Assembly (NCBI GenBank): GCA_030390025.1
Contig: CM059432.1
Location: 107,386,001-107,450,000, forward strand
Source of the DNA: Squalus acanthias
Lineage: Eukaryota
Direction of reading: 5' to 3'
DNA: 64,000 bases
Part shown: positions 40,412 to 52,673 of the stretch, in pieces
Numbering within the stretch: the first letter of the stretch is position 1
Layout: the number at the start of each line of letters is the position of its first letter
The notes under the pieces: model-generated
Told to the model about the DNA's origin: nothing
What the model saw: only the letters and a program-made list of their open reading frames with translations
The model's database searches: none
Made by a program: the position numbers and the translations under genes

Positions 40412-41800
40412 CAGGGAGACCCTCGTACAGGGAGACCCTCGTACAGGGAGACCCTCGTACAGAGAGACCCTCGTACAGAGAGACCCTCGTACAGGGAGAC
40501 CCTCGTACAGAGAGACCCTCGTACAGGGAGACCCTCGTACAGGGAGACCCTCGTACAGGGAGACCCTCGTACAGAGAGACCCTCGTACAGAGAGACCCTC
40601 GTACAGGGAGACCCTCGTACAGAGAGACACTATTACAGGGAGACCCTCGTACAGAAAGAACCTCGTACAGAGAGACCCTCGTACAGGGAGACCCTCGTAC
40701 AGAGAGACCCTCGTACAGAGAGACCCTCATACAGAGAGACCCTCGTACAGGGAGACCCTCGTACAGGGAGACCCTCGTACAGGGAGAACCTCGTACAGAG
40801 GGACCCTCGTACAGGGAGAACCTCGTACAGAGGGACCCTCGTACAGGGAGAACCTCGTACAGAGGGACCCTCGTACAGGGAGACCCTCGTACAGGGAGAC
40901 CCTCGTACAGAGAGACCCTCATACAGAGAGACCCTCGTACAGAGAGACCCTCGAACAGGGAGACCCTCGTACAGAGAGACCCTCGAACAGGGAGACCCTC
41001 GTACAGAGAGACCCTCGTACAGGGAGACCCTCGTACAGGGAGACCCTCGTACAGGAAGAACCTCGTACAGGGAGACCCTCGTACAGGGAGACCCTCGTAC
41101 ACGGAGACCCTCGTGCAGGGAGACCCTCGTGCAGGGAGACCCTCGTACAGGGAGACCCTCGTACACGGAGACCCTCGTACACGGAGACCCTCGTACAGGG
41201 AGACCCTCGTACACGGAGACCCTCGTACACGGAGACCCTCGTACAGGGAGACCCTCGTACAGAGGGACCCTCGTACAGGGAGACCCTCGTACAGAGAGAC
41301 CCTCATACAGAGAGACCCTCGTACAGAGAGACCCTCGAACAGGGAGACCCTCGTACAGAGAGACCCTCGTACAGGGAGACCCTCGTACAGGGAGACCCTC
41401 GTACAGGAAGAACCTCGTACAGGGAGACCCTCGTACAGGGAGACCCTCGTACACGGAGACCCTCGTACACGGAGACCCTCGTACACGGAGACCCTCGTGC
41501 AGGGAGACCCTCGTACAGGGAGACCCTCGTACACGGAGACCCTCGTACACGGAGACCCTCGTACAGGGAGACCCTCGTACACGGAGACTCTCGTACACGG
41601 AGACCCTCGTACAGGGAGACCCTCGTACAGAGAGTCCCTCGTACAGGGAGACCCTCGTACAGGGAGACCCTCGTACAGAGAGACCCTCGTACAGCGAGAC
41701 CCTCGTATAGAGAGACCCTCGTACACGGAGATCCTCGTACAGGGAGACCCTCGTACAGAGAGATCCTCGTACAGGGAGACCCTCGTACAGGGAGACCCTC
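40412..41800. repeat. 16-bp minisatellite (GGGAGACCCTCGTACA)n, about 87 copies
   Basis: Directly visible tandem repeat with few variants. Confidence 0.98.
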
Positions 41801-42820
41801 GGACGGGGGTGGAGGAGTGAAAATGAATATGGTAGTGGTAGGGGACAGTATAGTCAGAGGGATAGATACTGTTCTCTGCAGCTGTGACCAGGAGTTCCGA
41901 AGGTTGTGTTGCCGGCCCGGTTCCTGGGTAAAGGATGTCTTCTCACGGCTGGAGAAGAACTTGGAGTGGAAGGGGGAGGATCCAGTACTGGGGAAAGAGG
42001 GAGCTGTTCCGTGGGGATGGGCTCCACTTAAACCGGGCTGGGACCAGTGTCCTGGTGAATCGAATAACTAGGGCAGTAGATAGGGCTTTAAATTAATGAA
42101 GGGGATGGGAGGATTCTGGAAATGGGTAAATTCAAAAGCAGTAAGAGAAATGTCAAGGCTGTAGAGCAGAGTAGTAATCTGGGTAAAGGTAAGCAGAGTG
42201 GGTCAGGAAGCGACAGTAAGATTAATAAAGGCAATAGGGCATTAGTGACATCAGTGAAAATAGAAAAAAGTTAAAGCTAAAGGTACTATATCTGAATGCA
42301 CGAAGCATTCACAACAAAATAGATGAATTAATAGCACAGATAGAAATAAATGGGTTTGATTTAATAGCCATTACAGAGATGTGTTTGCAGAGTGACCAAG
42401 GTTGGGAACTAAATATTCCAGGATATTTGACTTTTAGAAGAGACAGGCAGAATGGAAAAGGAGGAGGAGTAGCCCTGATAATAAAGGAGGAAATAAAGAC
42501 AGTAGAGAGAAAGGATCTTGGCTTGGAAAAACAAAATGTAGAATCAGTTTGGGTGGAGCTAAGAAACAACAAGGGGCAGAAAACACTAGCGGGAGTAGTT
42601 TATAGGCCCCCTAACAGTGGTTGTAGTGTCGGGCAGAGTATAAATCAGGAAATTAGAGATGCATGTAACAAGGGTATTACAGTAATCATGGGGACTTTAA
42701 CTTTCATATACACTGGGCAAACCAAATTTGCAGAAATAGTGCTGAGGAAGAATTCATGGAATGCATTCAAGATAGTTTTCGAGATCAGTATGTCAAGGAA
42801 CCTAGGAGGGAATTGGCTAT

Positions 42821-42913
42821 AATAAAAACAGAAAATGCTGGAAATACTCAGCAGGTCAGGCAGCATCTGTGGAGAGAGAAACAGAGTTAACGTTTCAGGT
42901 CGATGACCCTTCG
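42821..42913 (-). mobile_element. Penelope-like terminal fragment, truncated inside the hammerhead core
   Basis: Reverse complement cgaagggtcatcgacctgaaacgttaactctg...ccagcattttctgtttttatt matches 39778-39870. Confidence 0.8.
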
Positions 42914-43433
42914 ATTTAGTTAAGTCTGAAACTAGGGTCCTAAACCTGAACAAAGCAAACTACGTAGGTATGAGAGGCGAGTTGACTAAGGTAGGTTGGG
43001 AAACTAGATTAAAAGATGACAGTAGAAAAGCAATGGCAAACATTTAAAGAAATAATTCATAATTCACAACAAATATACATTCCTTTAAGGAATAAAAACA
43101 CCATGGGAAAAATGGTCCAACCGTGGCTAACAAGAGAAATTGAAGATAGTATTAGATTAAAGGAAGAGGTTTATAATGTTGCCAAAAGGAGTAGTAAGCC
43201 TGAGGATTGGGAGGATTTCAGAATTCAGCAAAGGAGCACCAAGAAATTGATAAAGAAAGGGAAAATAGAATGAGAGTAAACTAGTGAGAGACATAAAAAC
43301 AGACTGTTAAAGCTTCTATAGGTATGTAAAAAGGAAAAGATTAGCGAAAGTAAACGTGGGTCTCTTACAGGCTGAGACAAGAGAAATTATAATGGGGAAT
43401 AAGGAAATGGCCGAGAAATTAAACAAATACTTT

Positions 43434-44267
43434 GGGCTAGATTTTGTGAATGGAGGCGAGTTGGAGGCGGGACAGCTGCTTGTCGTGTCAATGTCCCACC
43501 TCCATCCTCGCCTGACCAACCAGAGGGATTTTCCCCTGATTGAGCTTGTTAAGCCCGCCCTGCGGGCTCAGCAGGCCAATTAGGGAGGAAGTCACTGACA
43601 GATCACGTCAACGTCAGACGTGCTATCTGTCAAGACTTCTTGAAAGAAGAAATGTCAGCGTTTTACAGCTCTGTGAAGCTGTCAAACACTGACATTCTCT
43701 TTTGTTTGATGAGTCCTTGTGTTGAGGACTCATCAAACCTTGCAAATTTGTAAATTTCACATGGCTATTGGAAAGGAGGTGCCAACAGCCATTCTGTGAA
43801 ATTGACAAGCAGGATTGCGGCTCTCCCGATCCACCGCGGCTAAAGGTTGTATGAAGAAAACAAGGTAAGTGAACACTTTTTTAAACTTATCACTCACCTT
43901 ACATACTTACCACTCCACATTTGCACCCATCACTCACCTCTACACCTTACTTCCAGGTGCCTCCAACCCCCGCAGACCTCCTCCACGTCTCCTCCAACCC
44001 GGCGGGGTTCACCGAGGTCGGGAAGCCTTCACCTGTGAAGGTAAAATGGCACTAATACTTTTTTCTGCCTGTTAACTACCTGTTAACAGGCAGTTAAAAG
44101 GATTAAATGCCTTTCCCGCCTCCAGGAGACAGAACCCGAAGCTGCACATCTTCCCGCCTCCTGGCAAAAGGGCACGGAGGTGGGATGGGGGCGGCTTTGC
44201 CATCCGCCCCCACTTTCTCCGAATTTACCGGTTGGCCCGCCTCCTCGGGGCTTGGAAAATCCAGCCC
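43434..44267. mobile_element. Non-autonomous DNA transposon (PIF/Harbinger-like) inserted in CR1 ORF2
   Basis: TIRs gggctagatttt / aaaatccagccc and a 3-bp TSD TTT. The CR1 coding sequence (NKYF|VSVF) resumes after it. Confidence 0.8.
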
Positions 44268-45978
44268 TTTGTGTCTGTCTTCACGGAATTAGTATTAGTA
44301 AAAGAATAGTACTGGAGAAATTAACAGGACTGAAAGCCAATAAATCCCCTGGACCTGATGATCTACATCCGAGGGTTTTAAAAGAGGTGGCTGTAGAGAT
44401 AGTGGATGCATTGGTTGTCATCTTCCAAAATTCCATAGATTCTAGAATGGTTCCCGTGGATTGGAAGGTAGCAAATGTAACCCCCCTATTTAAGAAAGGA
44501 GGGAGAGAAAAAACAGGGAACTACAGACCAGTTAGCCTGACATCAGTAGTAGGGAAAATGCTAGAATCTATTATTAAGGACGTGGTAACAGGGCACTTAG
44601 AAAATAATAATAGGATTGGGCAGAGTCGACACAGATTTATGAAAGGGAAATCATGTTTGACAAATCTGTTAGAGTTTTTGAGGTTGTAACGAGCAGAATA
44701 TATAAGGGGGAACCAGTGGATGTGGTGTATTTGGATTTTCAGAAGGCATTCGATAAGGTGCCACACAAGAGGTTATTAAACAACATTAGGGCTCATGGGA
44801 TTGGGGGTAATATACTAGCATGGATTGAGGATTGGTTAATGGACAGAAAACAGAGAGTAGGAATAAATGGGTCATTTTCGGGTCGGCAGGCTGTAACTAG
44901 TGGGGTACCGCAAGGATCAGTGCTTGGGCCTCAGCTATTCACAATCTATATCAATGTTTTGGATGAGGGGACCAAATGTAGTATATCCAAGTTTGCTGAT
45001 GATACAAAGCTAGGTGGGAATGCAAGTTGTGAGGAGGATGCAAAGAGGCTTCAAGGGGATATAGACAGGCTAAGTGAGTGGGCAAGAACATGGCAAATGG
45101 AATATAAAGTGGAGAAATATGAAGTTATCCACTTTGGTAGAAAAAATAGAAAAGCAAAGTATTTTTTAAATGGTGAGAGATTGGGAAATGTTAGTGTTCA
45201 GAGGGACCTGGGTGTCCTTGTACATGAATCATTGGAAGTTAACATGCAGGCAATTAGGAAAGCAAATGGTATATTGGCCTTTATTACAAGAGGATTTGAG
45301 TATAAGAGTAAAGACATCTTACTGCAATTATATAGGGCCCTGGTGAGACCACACCTGGGGTATTGTGTACAGTTTTGGGCTCCTTACCTAAGGAAGGATA
45401 TACTTGCCATAGCGGGAGTGCAACGAAGGTTCACCAGACTGATTCCTCGGATGGGGGGATTGTCCTATGAGGAGAGATTGAGTAGACTAGGCCTATATTC
45501 TCTAGAGTTTAGAAGAATGAGAGGTGATCTCATTAAAACATACAAAATTCTTACAGGGCTTGACAGGGTAGATGCAGGGAGGATATTTCCCCTGGCTGGG
45601 GAGTCTAGAACCAGGGATCACAGTCTCAGAATAAGAGGTGAGATGAGGAGAAATGTTTTTACTCAGAGGGTGGTGAATCTTTGGAATTCTCTACTCCAGA
45701 GGGCTGTGGAGGCTCAGTCATTGAGTATATTCAAGACAGAGATCGATAGATTTTTGGATATTAAGGGAATCAAGGGATATAGGGATAGTGCAGGAAAGTG
45801 GAGTTGAGGTAGAAGATCAGCCATGATCTTATTGAATAGTGGAGCAGGCTCAAGGGGCTGAGTGGCCTACTCCTGCTCCTATTTCTTATGTTCTTATGTT
45901 CAGAGGGGAAGTGAAAAAGGAACTAAGAGGGGCACAGAGAGAGTCTGAGAATAGATTGGCAGCTAACAAAAGGGAATT

Positions 45979-46922
45979 TGTTGCCAAATTTGCTGACGAT
46001 ACAAAAATAGGTGAGAAAGCAAGTTGTGAGGAGTACACAAAGAGTCTGCAAAGGGATATAGACAGGTTAAGTGAGTGGGCAAAAAATTGGCAGATGGAGT
46101 ATAATGTGGGAAAATGTGAGGTTATCCACTTTGGTAGGAAGAATAAAAAAGCAAAATATTATTTAAATGGAGAGAGACTACAGGATGCTGCGGTACAGAG
46201 GGATCTGGGGGTCCTTGTACATGCAACACAAAAAGTTAGCATGCAGGTACAGCAAGTAATTAGGAAGGCAAATGGAATATTGGCCTTTATTGCAAGGGGA
46301 ATGGAGTATAAAAGTAGGGAAGTCTTGCTACAACTGTACAGGGCATTGGTGAGACCACACCTGGAGTACTGCGTACAGTTTTGGTCTCCTTATTTAAGGA
46401 AGGATATACTTGCATTGGAGGCAGTTCAGAGAAGGTTCACTAGGTTGATTCCTGTGATGAAGGGGTTGTCTTATGAAGAAAGTTGAGCAGGTTGGGCCGA
46501 TACTCATTGGACTTTAGAAGAATGAGAGGTGATCTTATTGAAACATAGAAGATTCTGAGGGGGCTTGACAGGGTAGATGCAGGGAGGATGTTTCCCCTCG
46601 TGGGGGAATCTAGAACTAGGGGGCATAGTTTCCGAATAAGGGGTCGCCCATTTAAAACGGAGATGAGGAGGAATTTCTTCTCTCATAGGGTCGTGAAACT
46701 TTGGAATTCTCTACCCCAGAGAGCTGTGGAGGCGGAGTCATTGAATATATTCAAGGCGGAGATAGACAGATTTTTGAAAAACAGGGGAATCAAGGGTTAA
46801 AGGGAGCCGGCAGGAAAGTGGAGTTGAGGCCAAGATCAGATCAGCCATGATCTTATTGAATGGCGGAGCAGGCTCGAGGGGCTGAATGGTCTACTCCTGC
46901 TCCTATTTCTTATGTTCTTATG
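45979..46922 (+). mobile_element. 5'-truncated CR1 inserted into another CR1
   Basis: Starts at VAKFADD and ends in a ttcttatgttcttatg tail. TSD AATT at 45975-45978 and 46923-46926. Confidence 0.85.
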
Positions 46923-47778
46923 AATTCAAAAGTCTTCTATCGGCATATAAATAGTAAACGGGTAGTAAGAGGAGGGGTGGGGCCGATTAAGGACCAAAAA
47001 GGAGACCCATGCATGGAGGCAGAGGGTATGGCTGAGTTACTAAATGAGTACTTTGCATCTGTCTTTACCAAGGAAGAAGATGCTGCCAAAGTCATAGTGA
47101 AAGAGGAGGTAGTGGAGATACTGGATGGGATAAAAATTGATAAAGAGGAGGTACTAGAAAGGCTGGCTGTACTTAAAGTAGATAAGTCACCAGGTCCGGA
47201 TGGGATGCATCCTAGGATGCTGAGGGAAGTAAAGGTGGAAATTGAGGAGATACTGGCCATAATCTTCCAATTTTCCTTAGATACGGGGGTGGTGCCAAAG
47301 GACTGGAGCATTGCAAATGTTACACCCTTGTTCAAAAAGGGGTGTAAGGATAAACCCAGCAACTACAGGCCTGTCAGTTTAACCTCGGTAGTGGGGAAGC
47401 TTTTAGAAACAATAATCAGGAACAAAATTAACAGTCACTTGGACAAGTTTGGATTAATTAAGGAAAGCCAGCACGGATTTGTTAAAGGCAAATCGTGTTT
47501 AACCAACTTGATCGAGTTTTTTGATGAGCTAACAGAGAGGGTTGATGAGGGCAAGGCGGTTGTTGTGGTGTACATGGACTTCCAAAAGGCGTTTGATAAA
47601 GTACCACATAATAGGCTTGCCAGCAAAATTGAGCCCTTGGAATAAAAGGGACAGTGGCAGCATGGATACAAAATTGACTAAGTGACAGGAAACAGAGAGT
47701 AGTGGTGAACAGTTGTTTTTCGGACTGGAGGAAGTGGTGTTCCCCAGGGGTCGGTACTAGGACCACTGCTTTTCTTGA

Positions 47779-47868
47779 AGTTCACCTGACGAAGGAGCAG
47801 CGCTCCGAAAGCTTGTGATTTCAAATAAAGCTGTTGGACTATAACCTGGTGTTGTGCGACTTCTCACT
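47779..47868 (+). mobile_element. Penelope-like terminal fragment with a complete minimal hammerhead (47782-47818)
   Basis: UCAC CUGACGA A GGAGC AGC GCUCC GAAA GC UU GUGA, near-identical to 5611-5695. Confidence 0.8.
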
Positions 47869-48339
47869 TTCATAAATAGAGGCATTGAGTACAAAAGCAA
47901 GGAAGTTATGAAGAACCTTTATAAAACACTGGTTCGGCCTCAACTGGAGTATTGTGTCCAATTCTGGGTACCACACTTGAAGAAGGATGTGAATGCCTTA
48001 GAGAGTATGCAGAAAAGCTTTACAAGAATGGTTCCAGGGATGAGGGACTTCAGTTACGTGGATAGATTGGAGAAGCTGGGGTTGTTCTTCTTAGAGCAGA
48101 GAACGTTGAGAGGAGATTTGATGGAGGTGTTCAAAATCATGAGGGGTCTAGACAGAGTAGATAGAGAGAAACTGTTCCCATTGGCGGAAGGGTCGAGAAC
48201 CAGAGGACACAGATTTAAGGCAATTGGCAGAATAACCAAAGATGACATGAGAGAAAACTTTTTTACGTAGCGAGAGAGCTGGCACAGGCTCGACAGGCCG
48301 AATGGCCTCCTTCTGTGCTGTAACCATTCTATGATTCAC

Positions 48340-48630
48340 TGGTAGGTGAATTGGTAACAAGGGGACAGAGACTGAGGATTCTCACTAGAAGAATGAAGGG
48401 GGAAGTTGGAAGAAATGTTTTCACACAGAGGGTTATTAGACCATGTTTTACCATGAGGGAGCGTTAAGGCAAAGACTTGAACATTATTTCAAAGTAAATT
48501 TGCTAAGTATTTGAAAAAGAAAAATATAAAAAACTACAGGGAAAGGGCAAGGTAATGGGATTAGAGTAGACAGTTCCAGTTGAAGAGCTAACACAGGCGT
48601 AATGGGCCAAATGGTCACCTTGTGTGCTGG
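48340..48630 (+). mobile_element. Old CR1 3' fragment
   Basis: Degenerate RNVFTQRV motif and CR1-like 3' end. Confidence 0.5.
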
Positions 48631-48758
48631 ACCAAGGACTGCAGCTCACTGAGCATGCCAGCTCTAAAGGCTTCTGGGAAGCAGCATTTATCGAAAGGAT
48701 GATGTAGTAATGATCTAAACTACTGCCAAATTCAATTGGGAGGTAAATAAAAGTTATG

Positions 48759-49440
48759 GGGAGAAAGATTGGGTTGCTTTGCGCCTCCCATTAGCGTGAA
48801 ATTCAGTGGGAAGTTAGCGGCAGCGGTAGCCGGTAGCGCCCCGCAGTGCTGGGCCTCCAGCGATGAAGTCATCGCCGTGCGCAGCGCCCCCACTCGCGCC
48901 CCGGCCGCAAACTTCGGTAGCGCCCCCTGACCTATCGCCGGACGATATGTCTGACAGGGTCAGGGTGGCGTTTTTGCAGCCACGGCGGCGTAAGTTAAAG
49001 GGCAGGTGTCAGGCAGCCATTTTTTTTTGGCCGACTGCCAGCACCTGCCTCCTTCCCCTTTTTTATTCGGGGTGCCGGCCGCGATTGCCCAGCCCGGCAC
49101 TCCTCTTGAGTGTCGGGCTGCTTTCCCGGCATCCCGCTCCCCCGTGGTCCAGCAGGGCCCTGGTGCTTGCAGCGCTAGGCCCCTCTCCTTTAATCAGGGG
49201 AGGGTGTCCTGCAATGGGTGTCCTACGTGCCGACGCGCGTGGTGCTGTTGCACGTAGCGCCGCGATATTCACTTGTAGCGCTCCAGGAAGGAGGGGGAGC
49301 GCTTCCAGTAGCGCCCCGCCTCCTGCTTGGGGCACTGCCACTGAATTTATGGCACAGGGGCGTTAACTTTTTCGGGGAGCTAAAAGTAGTGCCCTGGCGA
49401 AGTTAGTGCCCCAAAGGGGGTGCCATTGAATTTTTACCCC
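48759..49440. mobile_element. GC-rich non-autonomous DNA transposon
   Basis: TIR-like ends gggagaaagatt / aatttttacccc and probable TSD ATG. Homologous throughout to 59490-60249. Confidence 0.75.
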
Positions 49441-50357
49441 ATGGTGTGAACTGAGCTTGCCTGGTCCCATACGACTATAAACCTCAGCTACACAGCGGAG
49501 TCAGTGATCGGGAAGATTTTAATATAAATCGATAAAGGGACGGAGCTGCCTTTATTCATTGTCGTTACTGGCCAGCTAAGCCCTAATGAAATTACTTCTG
49601 TAGCAAGTGTGAGGTCAGTATCATGTAATATAAATCAGGGTTAATGTGGTCTCATGGACTAGCTTTGATCACCTAAAGAGGAATTTTCCAGATTTTTGCC
49701 CCCTAATTGGCCTGGGTTTAAGTCTGTTTTTATTTCCAGGAGACTACATAGCTCTGGGGTGGGTGGGGAGTGTATATATTGTGATGCACAAGGTATTACA
49801 ACTGTACGGGACAGGCTGGATGGACCAACTGGTCATTTCCTGTCCGTCATTTTCGTTTGTTCATAACGCTGAAGACTTCAGTCAACCTGCCTATCACCAG
49901 AGGGAGCCAAACTTTCATCATGGCTACTTTCCAATTGCCAACCAAACAAGGCACTGTCTCCCATCTTTGTAAGTAGATTCAGAATAATGCACTTTTTCTT
50001 TTGGATTCGATTTATTTCTCAAGGTCTCCCACCCACACCCAATGAGTCATGACAAGTTTTTGGTAAACACACACTAACAGTATTGCCCCATTATTATAAA
50101 TGTGATTACCCACACCAGCTGATACCCATTTTTAAAAGCATGCTGAGCATCTAGTGCAATTCGGGCCTCGTTCCTGATAACCTGGGGTTTAGAAGCAAGG
50201 CACAGTAGCTCCAATTCATTTCAAAAATTCTCAGTTCCCAAAATAGATGTTAAAAGCAATCTGCTTTCATAAAAATCATGGCTATGAAGCCCCTCCTGCC
50301 CACAAGTTACAAGCCGTAAGCAATATTGTTCTACCAATCCCCAGTTTAACGATTTAC

Positions 50358-50461
50358 CTTTGCTCCTTTCTCACTGTAAAGAACTTCGCTTCCAGATCCA
50401 GTTTCTCCTTTAGGTCCTGGTAGGCCCTGGTCATCTTTTGCACCTCTTTGGCCAGGAGACC
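50358..50461 (-). CDS. COL15A1: Collagen exon: (G)SPGQRGAKDDQGLPGPKGETGSGSEVLYSEKGAK
   Basis: Acceptor ...gctaat...ttgtgtctag|GG TCT CCT and donor AAG|gtaaat. 104 nt, phase 1 to 0. Gly-X-Y triplets GSP GQR GAK (DDQ) GLP GPK GET. Confidence 0.8.
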
Positions 50462-50959
50462 CTAGACACAAGTCCAATTCAGTAAATTAGCATCAAAACG
50501 TGGTTAAGGTTGTGCAAAGGCTAAAACATTCCCTCTGATGCCACAGTGGGTTTATTTGTAAATTTAATTTTATTCCAAACTAATGAGCAAACTAATTCCC
50601 TAGTGCAGCTAGTCCCACTAATGCTTTCGTTGAAAACAAAACAGAATCATTCAGGATCGAATTTGAAGAGGCTGCGGGAAGAAATTATCCAGATGGCATG
50701 TTTGAGTTTCAAAGCTTCCTTTCCTCAGCTCCAATGTTGGGCTTGATGCCAACCTCTGAAGAGCACTCCCTACTGCACTCGTGTTAGTCTTTCGATTTCC
50801 CCGGCCTGGGATCCCTGTGGCCTCTCTTGAGTGAGGTTGCCAATGTAATGCCAAATCAAGGCAGCTTCTGTGCTGTGGGCCAACACCCAACAGGATGTGG
50901 AGTTAGACTGGCCAAACTCATTTCACGTAGGATCCTTATAGAAGGCAGAGAAGGAGAAA

Positions 50960-51890
50960 AGGAGATCACCACTCAAGGTGTGGTCTGACCAAGGCACTGT
51001 ACACTTTGATTATCACTTCTTCTGACTTGTATTCTATTGGTTTGTCTATGTATTTCAACATCCTATTGTCTTTGTTGATTGCTGCTCTCCATTGGTTGGA
51101 CATGTTGCGTGTTGAGTCTACTTAGACTCCCAGGTCTCTTTCAGCTTCCTCCTTAGCTATTTCAACACCATTCATGAACATCTTGCTTATTTTTCCTTCC
51201 GATGTGCAGTATTTTGTACATTTGGGATATTTTGGGATACAGTATATGAGTAATTTGAGACATGACATATGGTAAGTCTAGCATACTTGGGAGGAACAAG
51301 TGACTTTGGACCTGTGGTTCCCAAAGCTCTCCACCACTTGGATTTTCCTCGTGTCATGTTTGGGTCTGTTGTAGACTAATTGATAGCGATTGATTGCTCT
51401 GATTAGTCAACAACTCAATTATCATTCTATCATGCGACTACCAGGATGGTAAAAGGTGAACTATATGGATCTTGGTTTTTTTTCGTCTAGCAAATCCTGT
51501 TTCTATGCACTTGTCTGCATTAAATTTCATCAGCCATTGATCTGCTCACCTAACTTACTTTGTCCAACTCACTCTGAGCTGTTTCCTCCAATTCCATTGC
51601 CCCATACAACTTGGTATCATTTGCAAATTTGGCCACTTTGAGTCTCTGAGTCCAAGTCCTTTATGTAAACAAGAAATAGTAGTGGTCCCAACATGAAGCG
51701 CAGGGGCATTGCACTCAATACTCTGCTCCATCCACACATAACTACGCTAATGAGTACTCGTGGCTGGCTACCCTTCAGGCAGTTCCTTATCCTTTCTCAG
51801 GGTCTAACCCAAGTCTGCGCAGCTTTGAGTTTAACTAATAACCTTTCAAGAGGGACTTGTGTCAAATACCTTTTGGAAGTTTAGCAAAAC
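50960..51890 (-). mobile_element. Old CR1-like fragments, with a plus-strand CR1-like 3' end at ~51225-51510
   Basis: Degenerate RT-region sequence (ttggtatcatttgcaaattt is the reverse of a KFA-DTK-like motif). Boundaries approximate. Confidence 0.45.
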
Positions 51891-52673
51891 TATGGCTGTG
51901 AATTTTCTTGGAACTGCTCCCGTTCCTGCTCAGTTGCTGTAAATACGCTGGAGTGTGACGGAATTCCTGTCAACACTTTTCTGGGGTTTAACAGTTACAA
52001 TGCACAGTGTGTTTGGGACAGAAAGCTACCAGGGGCCCCTCCTTCCATCAGCAGTGCTTCAAAGCATTAGGAACATGAGTTTTTAACTTAATTAAGCCAG
52101 TCACAATGTTTATGCAGAAGGACTCAGCACAAAATTGGGAAACGCCCGTTTTAACTGACAGGAAGTAACATGACTTACTTAATGTAACCGTCAGGTAAAT
52201 GACAGAAAACCTATAAGCGGATTTAAAAACCCGCGAGAAATAGCCGGTGAGAATTACCAGACGATGAAAGCAGAAAATTGCCAAACTCTTCCCATAATGA
52301 GAGAGCAGAAATACACAGCACAATTTCATTCACAAATGTGGAATACAGACATCAATTTCAGCTTTCATTACAGGGCACAAAAACCAATGTGCGCCTGGCT
52401 TGTCCAGCTGTTTAAACTAATTTCAATGTTCACAGCTTGCAGTTTACCTCAGCAATGCGAACTTCAGCAAATCCAAACCGCCAGCTGTAAAACTTGCTCC
52501 AAACCTGAACCCCTACGAGCACCAAGTAAATTGAAAAATAAAACCTTTGGAATGGCTTCCACCTGGAATCTCTCTTTGCAGCACTGTGCAGGAGGTTTAG
52601 GAATTGAGCTGTTAAATATTTTTTAGATTGTAATACTTCAATTCACCACTAGAGAGAGCACTTCACATTAATG

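Larger units (their letters stand above)
41801..45900 (+). mobile_element. Degenerate CR1 LINE (ORF1 remnant, APE, RT, 3' tail) with nested insertions
   Basis: VVGDSIVRG, YLNARS, NYRPVSLTS and FADD motifs with frameshifts and stops. Tail atttcttatgttcttatg. Confidence 0.9.
45901..48338 (+). mobile_element. Degenerate CR1 ORF2 fragment (host of 45979-46922 and 47779-47868)
   Basis: KSPGPDGMHPR, NYRPVSLTS and DFQKAFDKVPH motifs. Tail ccattctatgattc. Homologous to the minus-strand copy at 53251-56333. Confidence 0.85.

Noticed and set aside
40352..41820. Long ORFs (452, 321 and 235 aa) on both strands
   Set aside because: They arise from a stop-free 16-bp unit and have no non-repetitive coding part or other gene evidence.
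50358..50461. Alternative frame GLLAKEVQKMTRAYQDLKEKLDLE that looks coiled-coil
   Set aside because: It is incompatible with the phases of the flanking exons, while the Gly-X-Y frame fits both.
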